NCBI GenBank assembly: GCA_964610875.1
Contig: CAZSWP010000004.1
Location: 1-64,000 of the forward strand
Length of the DNA stretch: 64,000 nucleotides
Origin: an uncultured archaeon
GTDB taxonomy: Archaea; Asgardarchaeota; Thorarchaeia; Thorarchaeales; Thorarchaeaceae
Reading direction: 5' to 3'
Below are positions 31,540 to 41,981 of this stretch, piece after piece. The notes beneath the pieces were generated by a model that worked only from the letters and a program-made list of their open reading frames with translations, had not been told where the DNA came from and did not search any database. The translations under genes and the position numbers were made by a program. How positions within the stretch are numbered: the stretch's first letter is position 1; every line of letters begins with the position of its first letter.

Positions 31540-33378
31540 TCAAGCAGTAGCTTGAAAGACCTGTGTAACAACTTGTTCCACTATGAGATTGGTATCGGGA
31601 TTCAAGAGACCTGAATCAACCGTCTTCTCTAACGAGTTCCAAATCACACTATCTTCCTGCAGCTTCTCAATTACTTGGTCAACCTTCTTTAGTGCCGTGT
31701 ATGATTCTCCTTTGAACACATAACAGAAAAGAAATGGTACAACTGCTCTAAAGAGTATGAAGTATTCACCAACCTTTATTCTATCAAGAGGCAATGAGAA
31801 GACTTCATCACTAAAACTTGTTATTGCACTCAGAAAACCACTGATCAATGATTCATCAACATTGAACGTGGTCTGGAATTCTTTGGAAACGATACAGAAA
31901 CCCCCGTGAGCGGACATCAACATGAATTGAACTGGATCATCTGTGGCAATCATTGGAGCTTCTGCTTCCCGAATCTTAGCCATTCGTTCTACGCGTTCAT
32001 CTATCTGGGCTGCATGTACTCTTTCAACTACTGATGCGCGTTTCATAGTGAGTTTAGTCCATTCTTCCTCTTTTTGTAGAAGTTCATCGAACTCGCCAGA
32101 GATTTTTCGAGCGAGCTGGTCCAGTCCCTTCTCATCAGCAATCAGTTGTGCTTGAGTTAAGAGGCGTTTAGCATTTTCATATTCGAGTTCAACTAAGGAA
32201 ATCTGAGCTTGTAGACAGTAGGTTTCTGCTTTAAGCCAATGGGACCCTTGACTTGTTGCTATCTCCAAAGCCATCTCAGCATATTCTTTGATTTGTCCCA
32301 TAATTTTTTCATTACCCGATATTTTCAATTGGTCTAATAACAAATCACTCAGACTGAGAAGAGAAAGAAATGTAACTTCAAAATACGTTATCTTCTCGTT
32401 TACAACTTGTTCAAACAACTGATGAGCTTCTTCAAGAGAGTCCACATCTCCACGGGCTTTGAGCCATAATGCTTTTGCAACGCGGTAGTGTTGATTTATT
32501 AGAAGACTCTCAACTCCTGCATCTATCTCCTTCATCTGATCAATAAATCGTTCTGCTTTTTTGAGTTGATCCTGGTTCACTGCGATAATCACTGCATAAT
32601 AGAGGCTTCTAGCCAGGTACACTTTATTTCCAATCTCTTGAAACATGCTTATGCTTCTATCAAGATTCTCTGCCGCTTCATCTAAGTTCCCTTTTTGGTA
32701 TTGGATAATTCCAGTTGTGGTAATTGTACCCGCAATGTTCGGAGTATATCCTATCTCTTCAGAGACCTCCCTTGATTGTGAAACATATTCAAGAGCTTGA
32801 TCTAAATTACCAATTACACGATAAGCACTACCTACATTGTGAAGAGCTGCACTGGCACTCTTCCTATTACCAAGTTCTTCCAAGAGGGGGTGACTCTGTA
32901 GATAGATTTCGATGGCAAGATCAATGTCACCTTTGTGCAGAGTGTTCAAACCTTGAAGAGTAAGCACCTTAGCTAGTCTAGCCATGTTCTCTCGAGTGGT
33001 AAGATCATGCTTCTTTAGCATATCTTCAGCCTTTCTGCAAGTTTCAAGTCCTTCTTCAATTTGCCCTAGAGCACTTAGAGCAAAAGCTTTTGAAATCGTA
33101 GCATCCAGAATTGCTTCTTTATAGGAATCATCAAGGTCAGCTTGAAGAATTCTCTCGATTGTTTTTAGACCATCCTGATACTTACCTTGCCCAATGATAC
33201 ACATTCCTCTCCATGCATCAACTCTTGCTTTAGATTGGTCCTTGTTTCTAAGATAATCGATATCAAGAGTTTCAATTGCTTCCAATGCTTCTTTATACTG
33301 ACCCAAAATAATGAACTCTTTGATTTGTTCAAACAGTTTTGCATTCTTGATTGCAAGGAATTGATTTCTCATGCTCAT
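31540..33378 (-). CDS. TPR-repeat protein with C-terminal longin-like domain
   Basis: TPR repeats ('ALHNVGSAY..IGNLDQALEY'); C-terminal 'LISGFLSAITSFSDEVF'. Confidence 0.8.
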   Translation of the reverse strand: MSMRNQFLAIKNAKLFEQIKEFIILGQYKEALEAIETLDIDYLRNKDQSKARVDAWRGMCIIGQGKYQDGLKTIERILQADLDDSYKEAILDATISKAFALSALGQIEEGLETCRKAEDMLKKHDLTTRENMARLAKVLTLQGLNTLHKGDIDLAIEIYLQSHPLLEELGNRKSASAALHNVGSAYRVIGNLDQALEYVSQSREVSEEIGYTPNIAGTITTTGIIQYQKGNLDEAAENLDRSISMFQEIGNKVYLARSLYYAVIIAVNQDQLKKAERFIDQMKEIDAGVESLLINQHYRVAKALWLKARGDVDSLEEAHQLFEQVVNEKITYFEVTFLSLLSLSDLLLDQLKISGNEKIMGQIKEYAEMALEIATSQGSHWLKAETYCLQAQISLVELEYENAKRLLTQAQLIADEKGLDQLARKISGEFDELLQKEEEWTKLTMKRASVVERVHAAQIDERVERMAKIREAEAPMIATDDPVQFMLMSAHGGFCIVSKEFQTTFNVDESLISGFLSAITSFSDEVFSLPLDRIKVGEYFILFRAVVPFLFCYVFKGESYTALKKVDQVIEKLQEDSVIWNSLEKTVDSGLLNPDTNLIVEQVVTQVFQATA

Positions 33379-33619
33379 AGCTGACTCACACTAGGCTGTT
33401 TGTGGAAGGGATGAATAGATGATAGAGTTCCTTGCTCCTTTTTTATCTATCTAGGTTATTTTCTAGTAGTAGGGAAGTCATTGCACATAAAAAACAATGC
33501 TGATGGTGAAATTATCATAGATTTCGACGATTACAGAAAAATTAGAGGAGCTGATGGTGAAACCCGCTGCTGTGTCCTAAGACGCGTTTACTCATGGATT
33601 ACAGAATTACTTCTTTGAT

Positions 33620-34585
33620 TCATTGCGTCATTGCTTTCTTTGACGATATTACAGTAGGTGTTGTAACTGTGGTCAACTTGGTTTCGTTGGCTCCAAGTGA
33701 TTTAGCAATTCGCCTCACGGCGCGTTTCATGAACCTCAGCAATATCTCGTTAAAGACTATCACTGGAATCACATATGCCATGAGAACAATGGGGAGTCCA
33801 AAAGACTGGAGCAAAGCAATGAGTATTGATTGTGCGTTAATTTGATTGGTCACAATAATAGGAATGAAGTTATTTGCAAAAGTAACAATGGGGATTGTCA
33901 GTACGGTGAAACCGCCAAGAAGGTTGCTTAACCACCGTCCAACACCAATAGTATCAGGGCAACGTCGTACTTTCAATTCATCATCTTTCAAATGCATTAC
34001 AATCCCTGAGTCATTTAGTAACCATGTTGGAATGAAGAATGCTAGAACAACTGGTAATAGTATGAGTGCACTAACAATCTGTACTAACGAGTAGTAGAAT
34101 GGAATTGCTGCATCTGGTAGATTCGTGATTTCGGCAAAAAGGTAGTCTCTCAAAAGACCTGAAACAACACCGCCAAGAGACAATGCAAATAGTGCAGGTA
34201 CTACTGACCTACGAATCATTCTAATGCTGCCAAAATCATCTCCAAGCTCAAGTATGCTAATATCATAAGCTGTTGCGCGTATCAATAGGGTTCCAAATAA
34301 CAGCAATGAAGCAATAGGTAATCCGAGTACTAGATACTCCACAATAGTGATTATTGGAATATAGGTTAGAATCCAATTAACATCACTGACCGCTCTTCCT
34401 GTCAATGGGCCTCCAATTAGATCATAAGTCCCACCATTCGGAATGATTGTTACTAAGTCTTGAACAATTCTTTGAACAAGAAATCCTGCCAAAACTAGTC
34501 CTGCCAAAGCAAATAGGATTGGCAGTATGAATCTTAGATACTTATGAGCCATTATCGCACCCATCAGTAGTAATTGCAAACACAC
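33620..34585 (-). CDS. Hypothetical multi-pass membrane protein
   Basis: About 6 TM helices. Confidence 0.7.
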   Translation of the reverse strand: MCLQLLLMGAIMAHKYLRFILPILFALAGLVLAGFLVQRIVQDLVTIIPNGGTYDLIGGPLTGRAVSDVNWILTYIPIITIVEYLVLGLPIASLLLFGTLLIRATAYDISILELGDDFGSIRMIRRSVVPALFALSLGGVVSGLLRDYLFAEITNLPDAAIPFYYSLVQIVSALILLPVVLAFFIPTWLLNDSGIVMHLKDDELKVRRCPDTIGVGRWLSNLLGGFTVLTIPIVTFANNFIPIIVTNQINAQSILIALLQSFGLPIVLMAYVIPVIVFNEILLRFMKRAVRRIAKSLGANETKLTTVTTPTVISSKKAMTQ

Positions 34586-34771
34586 ATTTTAGCTTACTTG
34601 TGACATTTGATAGATGAGAAGGAAAATCATTTGCTGCCTGAAGTTCTAAGAACAATTGTTTGGTAGCCATGGAGTGGTAGGCGATGCCTATTTATTGTGG
34701 TATTTTCAGGGGGCAGCTTACTATCGACAATTAACGAATCAGCCTTGTTGGCTGAAACGGAGGAAAAACAA

Positions 34772-36295
34772 GTGACCCAGATGTACAATAAAGTCACTGA
34801 CGACGTCGTGAAGAAGCTCGTCAACATCTGTGGCGACCAATACGTCACAACGAGCGAACCACTACGTCACAGCTACATGGCCAAGGGTATCATGGGTCTT
34901 GAGGCTGTTCTCCCAGAGGTGATTGTGAGACCCGCAAATGCTGAGGAGGTCTCCAAGATCCTTATTGTGGCGAACGAGAATCTCAATCCCGTCACTCCCG
35001 CAGCTGGTGGCCTCAGTGGAGGTTTTGCACTCCCCGCTATCGAACCTGGCGGAATCTACATGGACATGACCAGAATGGACAAAATGCACGTAGACACAGA
35101 GAATCGTGTCATGGTCGTAGAACCCGGTGTCAAGTCGGGAGATGCATGGAGAATTTTCAAGACCAAGTATCCGGACTGGGCTCCCCCAATACCTGATGGA
35201 GCACCCCCGGCAGCCACAGTACTTGGTGATGCTATCGAGAGAGGCTTTTCACTCGTTACTGGGGTATACGGTCCGCAAGCCGACATGATCATGGGAATGG
35301 AGATCGTACTCCCAACTGGTGAGATATTTCACACAGGCTCATGGGCGCTTGACACTGCAAAGCCATTTTATCGATGGGGTGTCGGTCCAAATCCTGACGG
35401 CCTCTTCTTAGGCTCACAAGGATCTATGGGAATCATTACTAAGTGTGCTATCAAGATGGTCCCCCATCCGCACTATAAGACCGTTGTAGCGTATGGCGGT
35501 GAAACCTGGGATGACATCATCAAACCTGCCTGGGAGATATCCAAGCATGAGATGGGTGTTAGTGAACGCACAGTGATGGTTCAGGGTGGTAACTATGAGC
35601 TTGTGATGACTCGCTGGCCAAAAGAGAATGTACCCGTCGACTACGACTTTTACAAAAAGATTGGAGTCGACAAGAAGTGGATGAATTACGAGTGCTGGGC
35701 TTGGACTCAGGAAGAACTGGACTTCACCTTGAAGAAGATTGATGAGGTCTACAAAGACTACAATGCAGAATACTCAAGAGAAACGAAGAAACAGGACCTC
35801 CATCCAAAGCAGGTTGCATCCAGATTGAAGAAACCTAACAAGATTGCTATCCCCTACTCACTCTGGCAGGCTGGATTCTTGTTTATCACATGGTACTGTC
35901 CGTGGCTTGAATCAGGGGAGATGATGGACGAATATTGTGCTGCAATGGAGAACTATGGCTTCCCGCCAACTATGTGGGTTGCATCCATTGACCACGCACG
36001 ACAGGCTATCGTCATGCCAATACTCTGTTTCGACAGCACTGAACCCGGAATCTACGATAAGATTCGTGAATTCAATCTTGAAACAACCAAGAGCTTCTTG
36101 AAGAAGGGTTGGATCAACTACAGACCTGACCCATTCGTACACGCTCCACAGACATTCAGTCAGACTAAGGAATACTACAGGATGCTGGTGAAGTTCCGCA
36201 AGGTGCTTGACCCGAATCTTATACTGCACCCAGGTCGTCTCGCCATCCCATGGGAAAGCGTTACGGACCTTCCGAACCCACTTGACGAGAAGTAA
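34772..36295 (+). CDS. FAD-binding oxidoreductase (GlcD/VAO family)
   Basis: 'PEVIVRP...EEV', 'VVEPGV', 'GSQGSMGIITK', 'LDPNLILHPG'. Confidence 0.9.
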   Translation: MTQMYNKVTDDVVKKLVNICGDQYVTTSEPLRHSYMAKGIMGLEAVLPEVIVRPANAEEVSKILIVANENLNPVTPAAGGLSGGFALPAIEPGGIYMDMTRMDKMHVDTENRVMVVEPGVKSGDAWRIFKTKYPDWAPPIPDGAPPAATVLGDAIERGFSLVTGVYGPQADMIMGMEIVLPTGEIFHTGSWALDTAKPFYRWGVGPNPDGLFLGSQGSMGIITKCAIKMVPHPHYKTVVAYGGETWDDIIKPAWEISKHEMGVSERTVMVQGGNYELVMTRWPKENVPVDYDFYKKIGVDKKWMNYECWAWTQEELDFTLKKIDEVYKDYNAEYSRETKKQDLHPKQVASRLKKPNKIAIPYSLWQAGFLFITWYCPWLESGEMMDEYCAAMENYGFPPTMWVASIDHARQAIVMPILCFDSTEPGIYDKIREFNLETTKSFLKKGWINYRPDPFVHAPQTFSQTKEYYRMLVKFRKVLDPNLILHPGRLAIPWESVTDLPNPLDEK

Positions 36296-36360
36296 CTAAG
36301 GTGGGTGAACAAGTTACGCATCGTAACTACTAAATACGAATTGATTACAAGGAGGAACGA

Positions 36361-37674
36361 TTGAGAATGCCAGATCTTGAAGAACTTCGTCGAGTCAACG
36401 CGCGCTGTATACACTGCCGTGCATGTCAGTATGCTTACTCAGGTGAGCCGGACAAAGAAGGTGAGACTGAGGAATATACTGGAATGCTACAGGGATGTCC
36501 CGCTGGAATCTACTATGGTTGGGAAGGCTACTTTAACTCAGGTAAGCAATGGATGGCACGCGCATTTCTGAACGGGGAGATGCCAGCTAGTAAAGAATTA
36601 CTTGAGGTCGTGGAAGCCTGTACCACCTGTGGCCTATGCGAAACACAATGCCCGAACTATATTGACACAGTTCATATAACAGAAGCATTGCGTGCGGCAA
36701 TCATTGAGTCGGGTGTAGAACCCCTCAGTAAGCACAAGATATTCGGAGAACGCGTAGTGGACAAGGACATGCGGAATCCATACAAGGAGCCGCGTTCAGA
36801 ACGTACAAAGTGGTACAGTGGTCCTGTTGACGTGATGGATGCAAAGGTTGCTTATTTTGTTGGATGTACAGCAGCGTATAGGCAACAAGGTATTGCCGAC
36901 CACACAGCAAGCATTCTGAAGAAACTCGATATTGACTTCACAATCCTGTCTGACGAAGTCTGTTGTGGTTCTCCAATCTTGAGGACCGGTCAACGTGACA
37001 TATTTCGTGACGTGATGGAAACCAATATGGAATTGTTCAAGGACTTTGATCTTCTTGTATACTCTTGCGCTGGTTGTTACAAAACGATTGAAAATGACTA
37101 TACGCATTTCAGCGGTAAACCATTACCGTGGAAGAATCGCCACACAGTAGAGCTGGTCTATGACCTGCTGCAAGAAGGTAAGCTCAATATTGAGCAACCA
37201 TATCCAGAGAAGGTCACATGGCACGATCCCTGTCACAGTATTCGACACATTGGTATCCAGATTGAGAAGCGAATTCTTGCTGAATCCAACAACTGGCTAC
37301 TTGACAGCAGAAAGGCAGAGAAGGCAAAACAGGAACATTACGAGATTCCTCGAGTTGTTCTCAATGCTATTCCTGATCTGGACTTTCGTGAGATGTACCG
37401 CATCAAGGGTGACTCCTTCTGCTGTGGAGCTGGCGGTGGTGTGAAGGCACAGTTTCCAGACATGGCACTTGCAACTTCGAAGGAGCGTCTCAAAGAGGCT
37501 GCATCCACAGGTGCTGATATTCTCATGACATCTTGTCCTTTCTGTGTGACGAACTTCAATGATGGTCTAAAGGACCTCAGAAAGGAAGAAGAGGAGACTG
37601 GAAAGGACCTGTCAGACATTGGTTCTAAACTCAGAGTTGTTGAGTTGCTCGAACTTCTTGATCAGTTACTATAA
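36361..37674 (+). CDS. Fe-S oxidoreductase, GlcF/HdrD-like with CCG domains
   Basis: 'CIHCRAC', 'CTTCGLCETQCP', two 'CCG' motifs, 'HDPCH', 'CPFC'. Confidence 0.92.
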   Translation: MRMPDLEELRRVNARCIHCRACQYAYSGEPDKEGETEEYTGMLQGCPAGIYYGWEGYFNSGKQWMARAFLNGEMPASKELLEVVEACTTCGLCETQCPNYIDTVHITEALRAAIIESGVEPLSKHKIFGERVVDKDMRNPYKEPRSERTKWYSGPVDVMDAKVAYFVGCTAAYRQQGIADHTASILKKLDIDFTILSDEVCCGSPILRTGQRDIFRDVMETNMELFKDFDLLVYSCAGCYKTIENDYTHFSGKPLPWKNRHTVELVYDLLQEGKLNIEQPYPEKVTWHDPCHSIRHIGIQIEKRILAESNNWLLDSRKAEKAKQEHYEIPRVVLNAIPDLDFREMYRIKGDSFCCGAGGGVKAQFPDMALATSKERLKEAASTGADILMTSCPFCVTNFNDGLKDLRKEEEETGKDLSDIGSKLRVVELLELLDQLL

Positions 37675-37683
37675 TAGAACTTC

Positions 37684-37710
37684 GGAGACCCTATTTTTAT
37701 CAGGGTCTCC
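37684..37710 (+). terminator. Stem-loop terminator
   Basis: GGAGACCCT-9 nt-AGGGTCTCC followed by a T-run, 10 nt after the stop. Confidence 0.65.
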
Positions 37711-38031
37711 TGGACTCTTTTTAAAATACGCTAACATTCTACCCTGAACTCAACACCATACTTGGTATCCTCTTGACTCACTGAACTTTTCATGCTACCC
37801 ATGTCGAAACAAGCTCCTCTTAGTCTGAAGAAGAATGAACCCACTAGTATTCTTCCGGTTTTAATTAGTATATGAATGATAATCTATTTACTATGCAATA
37901 TTATGACAAGTTAACCTTGAAATAAATCCATGAAGAATGATGGGATGTTTTATTTGTCTGAAGGATTCACAAGGAAACTCTCAGCTTAATATCGAAAGAT
38001 TTGTCTTCTCTCCAAGCGAATCAGTTTGTCG

Positions 38032-38928
38032 TTAGTTCAAGTATTTCTCTCCAGAATCAGCAAACAGGACTACAATCACAGCATTCTTTATTTTTCTTTG
38101 AAAAACATCTCGCGCAACTTCGAGTGCTGCCCACATTGCTGCGCCTGCACTATGACCAGTAAATAATCCTTCCACTTCACTCAACAGAAGTGACAGTTTC
38201 CGTGCATCCTGTTCAGTTACAAAATACCGTTCATCTAGATATGACTGATTGAAAATACATGGTATAGCATCCTCATACAAATTCTTCAGACCTTGTATAA
38301 ATGCTCCATTAGTTGGCTCTGCTGAGATTATTTTAACACCATCAAGTTCTTCTTTCAACCTTCTAGCCACACCCATCAGAGTTCCTGATGTGCCCAATCC
38401 TGCTACAAAGTGAGTTATTTGTCGATCAGTATCTTCGAGAATCTCTTGGGCTGTTGTTTCATAATGAGCTCTCCAATTCGCAGCATTATTGTACTGGTTT
38501 GGATTGAAGTATTTGTCAGGTTCTTGACTGATCATTCTCTCAACATAAGCTCGCGCTCCATCGATGCCAAGTTCTTCCGGTGTTAGTATGACTGATGCAC
38601 CATATGATTCCATGATTTTAATTCGCTCAAAGGACATCGATTCAGGCATCACAAGCTTGGTATTGTATCCTTTCAATGCGCTGATCATTGCCAATCCGAT
38701 TCCTGTGTTTCCACTAGTTGCTTCAATGATTGTTTTATCTGGACTAAGGAGTCCACTCCTCTCCGCTTCCTCAATCATGTGGAGTGCAATCCTATCTTTC
38801 ACACTACCACTAGGATTGAATCGCTCTAGTTTAGCAAGTACGGTCACTTCTGGATAAGGATTAATTCTCTTGATTTTGACCAGTGGCGTTCGACCTATCA
38901 GTTGGGTTATATCATCGTAGAACTTCAT
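38032..38928 (-). CDS. PLP-dependent cysteine synthase (CysK/CysM family)
   Basis: 'NPSGSVKDR', 'TSGNTG', 'GLGTSGT', 'DSGEKY'. Confidence 0.93.
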   Translation of the reverse strand: MKFYDDITQLIGRTPLVKIKRINPYPEVTVLAKLERFNPSGSVKDRIALHMIEEAERSGLLSPDKTIIEATSGNTGIGLAMISALKGYNTKLVMPESMSFERIKIMESYGASVILTPEELGIDGARAYVERMISQEPDKYFNPNQYNNAANWRAHYETTAQEILEDTDRQITHFVAGLGTSGTLMGVARRLKEELDGVKIISAEPTNGAFIQGLKNLYEDAIPCIFNQSYLDERYFVTEQDARKLSLLLSEVEGLFTGHSAGAAMWAALEVARDVFQRKIKNAVIVVLFADSGEKYLN

Positions 38929-39306
38929 TTTCTCGATGTGATGATTTATCAATGCTTTAAAGGATGATTGCAATTCTTGCATATTTCTTTGGTAATTCTT
39001 CTAAAAGAAATAATATCTACAGTTGATTCTATTGTTGGGAATTGCTGAAGCTTTGTTATCTCACACACCAAGGAAAGCAAGAGATTTGGACAGGGAACAG
39101 GTTTCTCTTGGTGCTGATATGTCCAACAAATCTCAATCACTCTTTACTGGTATGGCGGTTTTGAAGTTCGAAGTAGAACTATAATTCATGCAATAAAACT
39201 CGTTTGGAATTCTATTAGTATGATTAATATTCTTTGAAACATTTATCCCAAATAACTTGTGAACTATCGAATTTATATACAAGCATCACTCTTAGAGAGT
39301 TTCACA

Positions 39307-39801
39307 ATGATTCCACGCATTCATAACTATTGTGAGAACTGTAATGCTCAGCGGGGTATTTCTAAGAACCTTGAAGGCACAGCAGGGACTTGTCCGCAGT
39401 GTAATTCCGAGATGAAAAGAGTCTATGATAAGCTGACGAATGGTCAGTGGTTCACACTGCTTTTAGCTGCAGGTCTAGTCCTCCAAGGAGCAATAAATTC
39501 CATGCTGGGAACCTTTTCATATGCCCCATCACTATGGGTTGCATGGTATAACCTCATCGGATCAATACTAGGTCTGGTATTCGTACTGATTGGAATTGTC
39601 ATTGGCGTAAGATTGTTCCTGACCAGTATTAAAACGATTAACTGGAACCTAGCTTCCGAAGAGATACCTTCAGACTATCAAAATCATTTCCTAAAGGCCG
39701 TTCTGATAACCGGTATTGTTGGTGCAATTCTAGCTTTCCTCTTTGCTGGAATCGTTAGCGGGATTGCATATGCCATCGCATCAGTAGTTCCTCCCTTGTG
39801 A
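39307..39801 (+). CDS. Zn-ribbon membrane protein
   Basis: CxxC..CxxC followed by 3 TM helices. Confidence 0.65.
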   Translation: MIPRIHNYCENCNAQRGISKNLEGTAGTCPQCNSEMKRVYDKLTNGQWFTLLLAAGLVLQGAINSMLGTFSYAPSLWVAWYNLIGSILGLVFVLIGIVIGVRLFLTSIKTINWNLASEEIPSDYQNHFLKAVLITGIVGAILAFLFAGIVSGIAYAIASVVPPL

Positions 39802-39943
39802 AAGAATGAAGGAAATCGACCTGTTGCTGGTCTGCCTTTAATCAGATTTGAGAATGAGCTAATGTGCTTTTCACTCGAATCTGTAAATAGTACTAGAATA
39901 TCTTCTTTTTTGCTATTGATTATGTAATTTAAAATAAAAAAGA

Positions 39944-39965
39944 AAACGGGTACGGCGACCCGTTT
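39944..39965 (-). terminator. Stem-loop terminator
   Basis: AAACGGGT-acggcg-ACCCGTTT, followed by T-runs on the minus strand just after the 39976 stop. Confidence 0.6.
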
Positions 39966-39975
39966 GTGTATTATA

Positions 39976-40923
39976 TTACCACCATTCTGCTTTGCTGCTT
40001 CTGGTTCTCGATTCGAGGTCTCTGTACAGTACTGCTTGGAAGATTGCTGGAAGTGGGCTAATAATCAGTCCTGCTACAATTGTTCCAAGGCCAACTAGTA
40101 ATGGACTCACTAATGCCAGTGGTAGGAATACTCCTGCAATTACAATACTTGCTATTCCAACTACTATCGCAAATAGTATGAAGCCAACTAATATGTGGAA
40201 GAAATTGCCTTCACTGATATTCCATGCTTTCTTCAAAGAATCAACAACTGACTTGTCTTCCTCTGCAACTACGACTGCTATTGTTGGTAAGAGTCTTACT
40301 ACAAGATAGAGTGTTATTATCCCGCCTACTAAGATTAGCACTGACGCTGTCAAAAGTGAGCTATATGTTGCAGGGTCAAGTGGGTCTACTGCAGGTATTG
40401 CAAGAACAAATAGGAATGCTCCTGGCAAGACTGGTAGTAGGATTATAAAACCGTACAAGAGTTGTGCTCCAATAAGAACTCCTAGTCTACTAATTGCATA
40501 AGAGAATGAATCTCCAATGGTACCGGCTCCTGGATCGCCATAATCTGTCAGGCATAATTTGATAGCCGCTCCATATGTAATTGCGTTTATCACAAATCCA
40601 ACTACAGTCAGAAGTATTGAAATCACAAGTAGTAGTGCATCAGTAACACCGGTCCACATGAATATCTGAAATAAAATATCCAATGGATTACTTCCGATTA
40701 GATTTAGAAATCCTTGAGGATCTGTAGGTGCAATCGCGAATGCAATTGCTGAATTAATTATTGCGAGTACTGCACCAACAAGACCAACAATAACCAAGTA
40801 GGCTCCGATTCTTCGTATCCAGAGATTAAAAGTTCTGGACACAAGACCCGTTGCACCAACAGTATAGTCTGGTCCTGGTTGGGATGGAGGTCCTGTTTCA
40901 GGTGTTATATCATCTATCGCCAT
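39976..40923 (-). CDS. Integral membrane protein (DUF7847/GPDPase membrane-domain-like)
   Basis: 6 TM helices; 'SLKKAW..S.GNF', 'LYRDL..R'. Confidence 0.75.
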   Translation of the reverse strand: MAIDDITPETGPPSQPGPDYTVGATGLVSRTFNLWIRRIGAYLVIVGLVGAVLAIINSAIAFAIAPTDPQGFLNLIGSNPLDILFQIFMWTGVTDALLLVISILLTVVGFVINAITYGAAIKLCLTDYGDPGAGTIGDSFSYAISRLGVLIGAQLLYGFIILLPVLPGAFLFVLAIPAVDPLDPATYSSLLTASVLILVGGIITLYLVVRLLPTIAVVVAEEDKSVVDSLKKAWNISEGNFFHILVGFILFAIVVGIASIVIAGVFLPLALVSPLLVGLGTIVAGLIISPLPAIFQAVLYRDLESRTRSSKAEWW

Positions 40924-41122
40924 ATTCTCTCCTCTGAAATAACTATAGATAATACGCCCTTTATAGACCTTCTGTTATCATATAAATGCCCCAAATTCCT
41001 ATTATGATAGGATAGGGGTTTATAATACATATTCTTGATTATTATGCTTCTCTAGATTTTCTAAATAGAGTAAAGCATCTCCATTTGCTTGAAACTGTCA
41101 TTATCCCTCTGTGTAACATTCA

Positions 41123-41758
41123 CTAAGATACATGTTTCATCATTACTTGATTCAAATTATTTGTGCCATATAGAATCCATATCAGCCATAGCCACAGGAT
41201 TCCTGTCAATGCGGTGGTCATCTCGGGGATAGCGTTTCCAGTCCAGAAGGGAAAGATTCCTCCGTACCATCCACCCCACATGATTATAGAAATGAATGGT
41301 AATATCACTGATAATAGTGAGAACCACCGTAGATGCTTGAATCGTAGCATTCCAAATCCTACGATCCACATAGCAAATGGGAAGCTAGCAAAGAATCCCA
41401 CGGATACGATGAAATGGGCTGTTCCAAAATTTTCGGAGAGTAGTCCGACCAGTATAAGAAATCCCAGTGCAATCAGAAATGGAAGCATGCCTATCTTTGT
41501 GAGTGTATCATTCAGGTTGAAAATGAACCAAACAGTGAAATGCAGTATAATTAAGCTTGTAATCACCAAACCAAAATTAAAAATAACGGCTGCTGCAACT
41601 CCATTTCCGTAATGCCCTAAATCACTCAGAGCATTACCATCCCACGTAAACCATGATGAAAGTGAGATGGCTCCTAGAATGCTAAATAATGCAACAAACG
41701 GGCCAAAGAAACCCATGACCTCGGGTAGTGAGAACATACGATTCTTTAAGATTGACAT
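41123..41758 (-). CDS. DUF998 membrane protein
   Basis: 'WF.W..NALSDLG', 'FN.GL', 'H..VS..FF', 'AIPE'. Confidence 0.8.
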   Translation of the reverse strand: MSILKNRMFSLPEVMGFFGPFVALFSILGAISLSSWFTWDGNALSDLGHYGNGVAAAVIFNFGLVITSLIILHFTVWFIFNLNDTLTKIGMLPFLIALGFLILVGLLSENFGTAHFIVSVGFFASFPFAMWIVGFGMLRFKHLRWFSLLSVILPFISIIMWGGWYGGIFPFWTGNAIPEMTTALTGILWLWLIWILYGTNNLNQVMMKHVS

Positions 41759-41981
41759 GTAGAATTGATTAGCAAACCGACTTTTGAATCATTCAGTATT
41801 GTATCTTGAACAAGAATTTTGTAGTCAAATGTGAATGCCAGGCAATACAAGATTTTATTGTGATAAGACCTATATCTCCAATTGACCTCACGGAATACAC
41901 CTGAGTTGGACGCGTACCTTCACATTGAAGGAGACTGGAATGTCTTCCCGTGTGAGTAGAACATCCATGACTTAAACATGG

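Noticed and set aside
33499-33562. 13-bp direct repeat GCTGATGGTGAAA (two copies) as CRISPR or riboswitch
   Set aside because: Only two short copies with no array or cas genes; does not match the fluoride riboswitch layout
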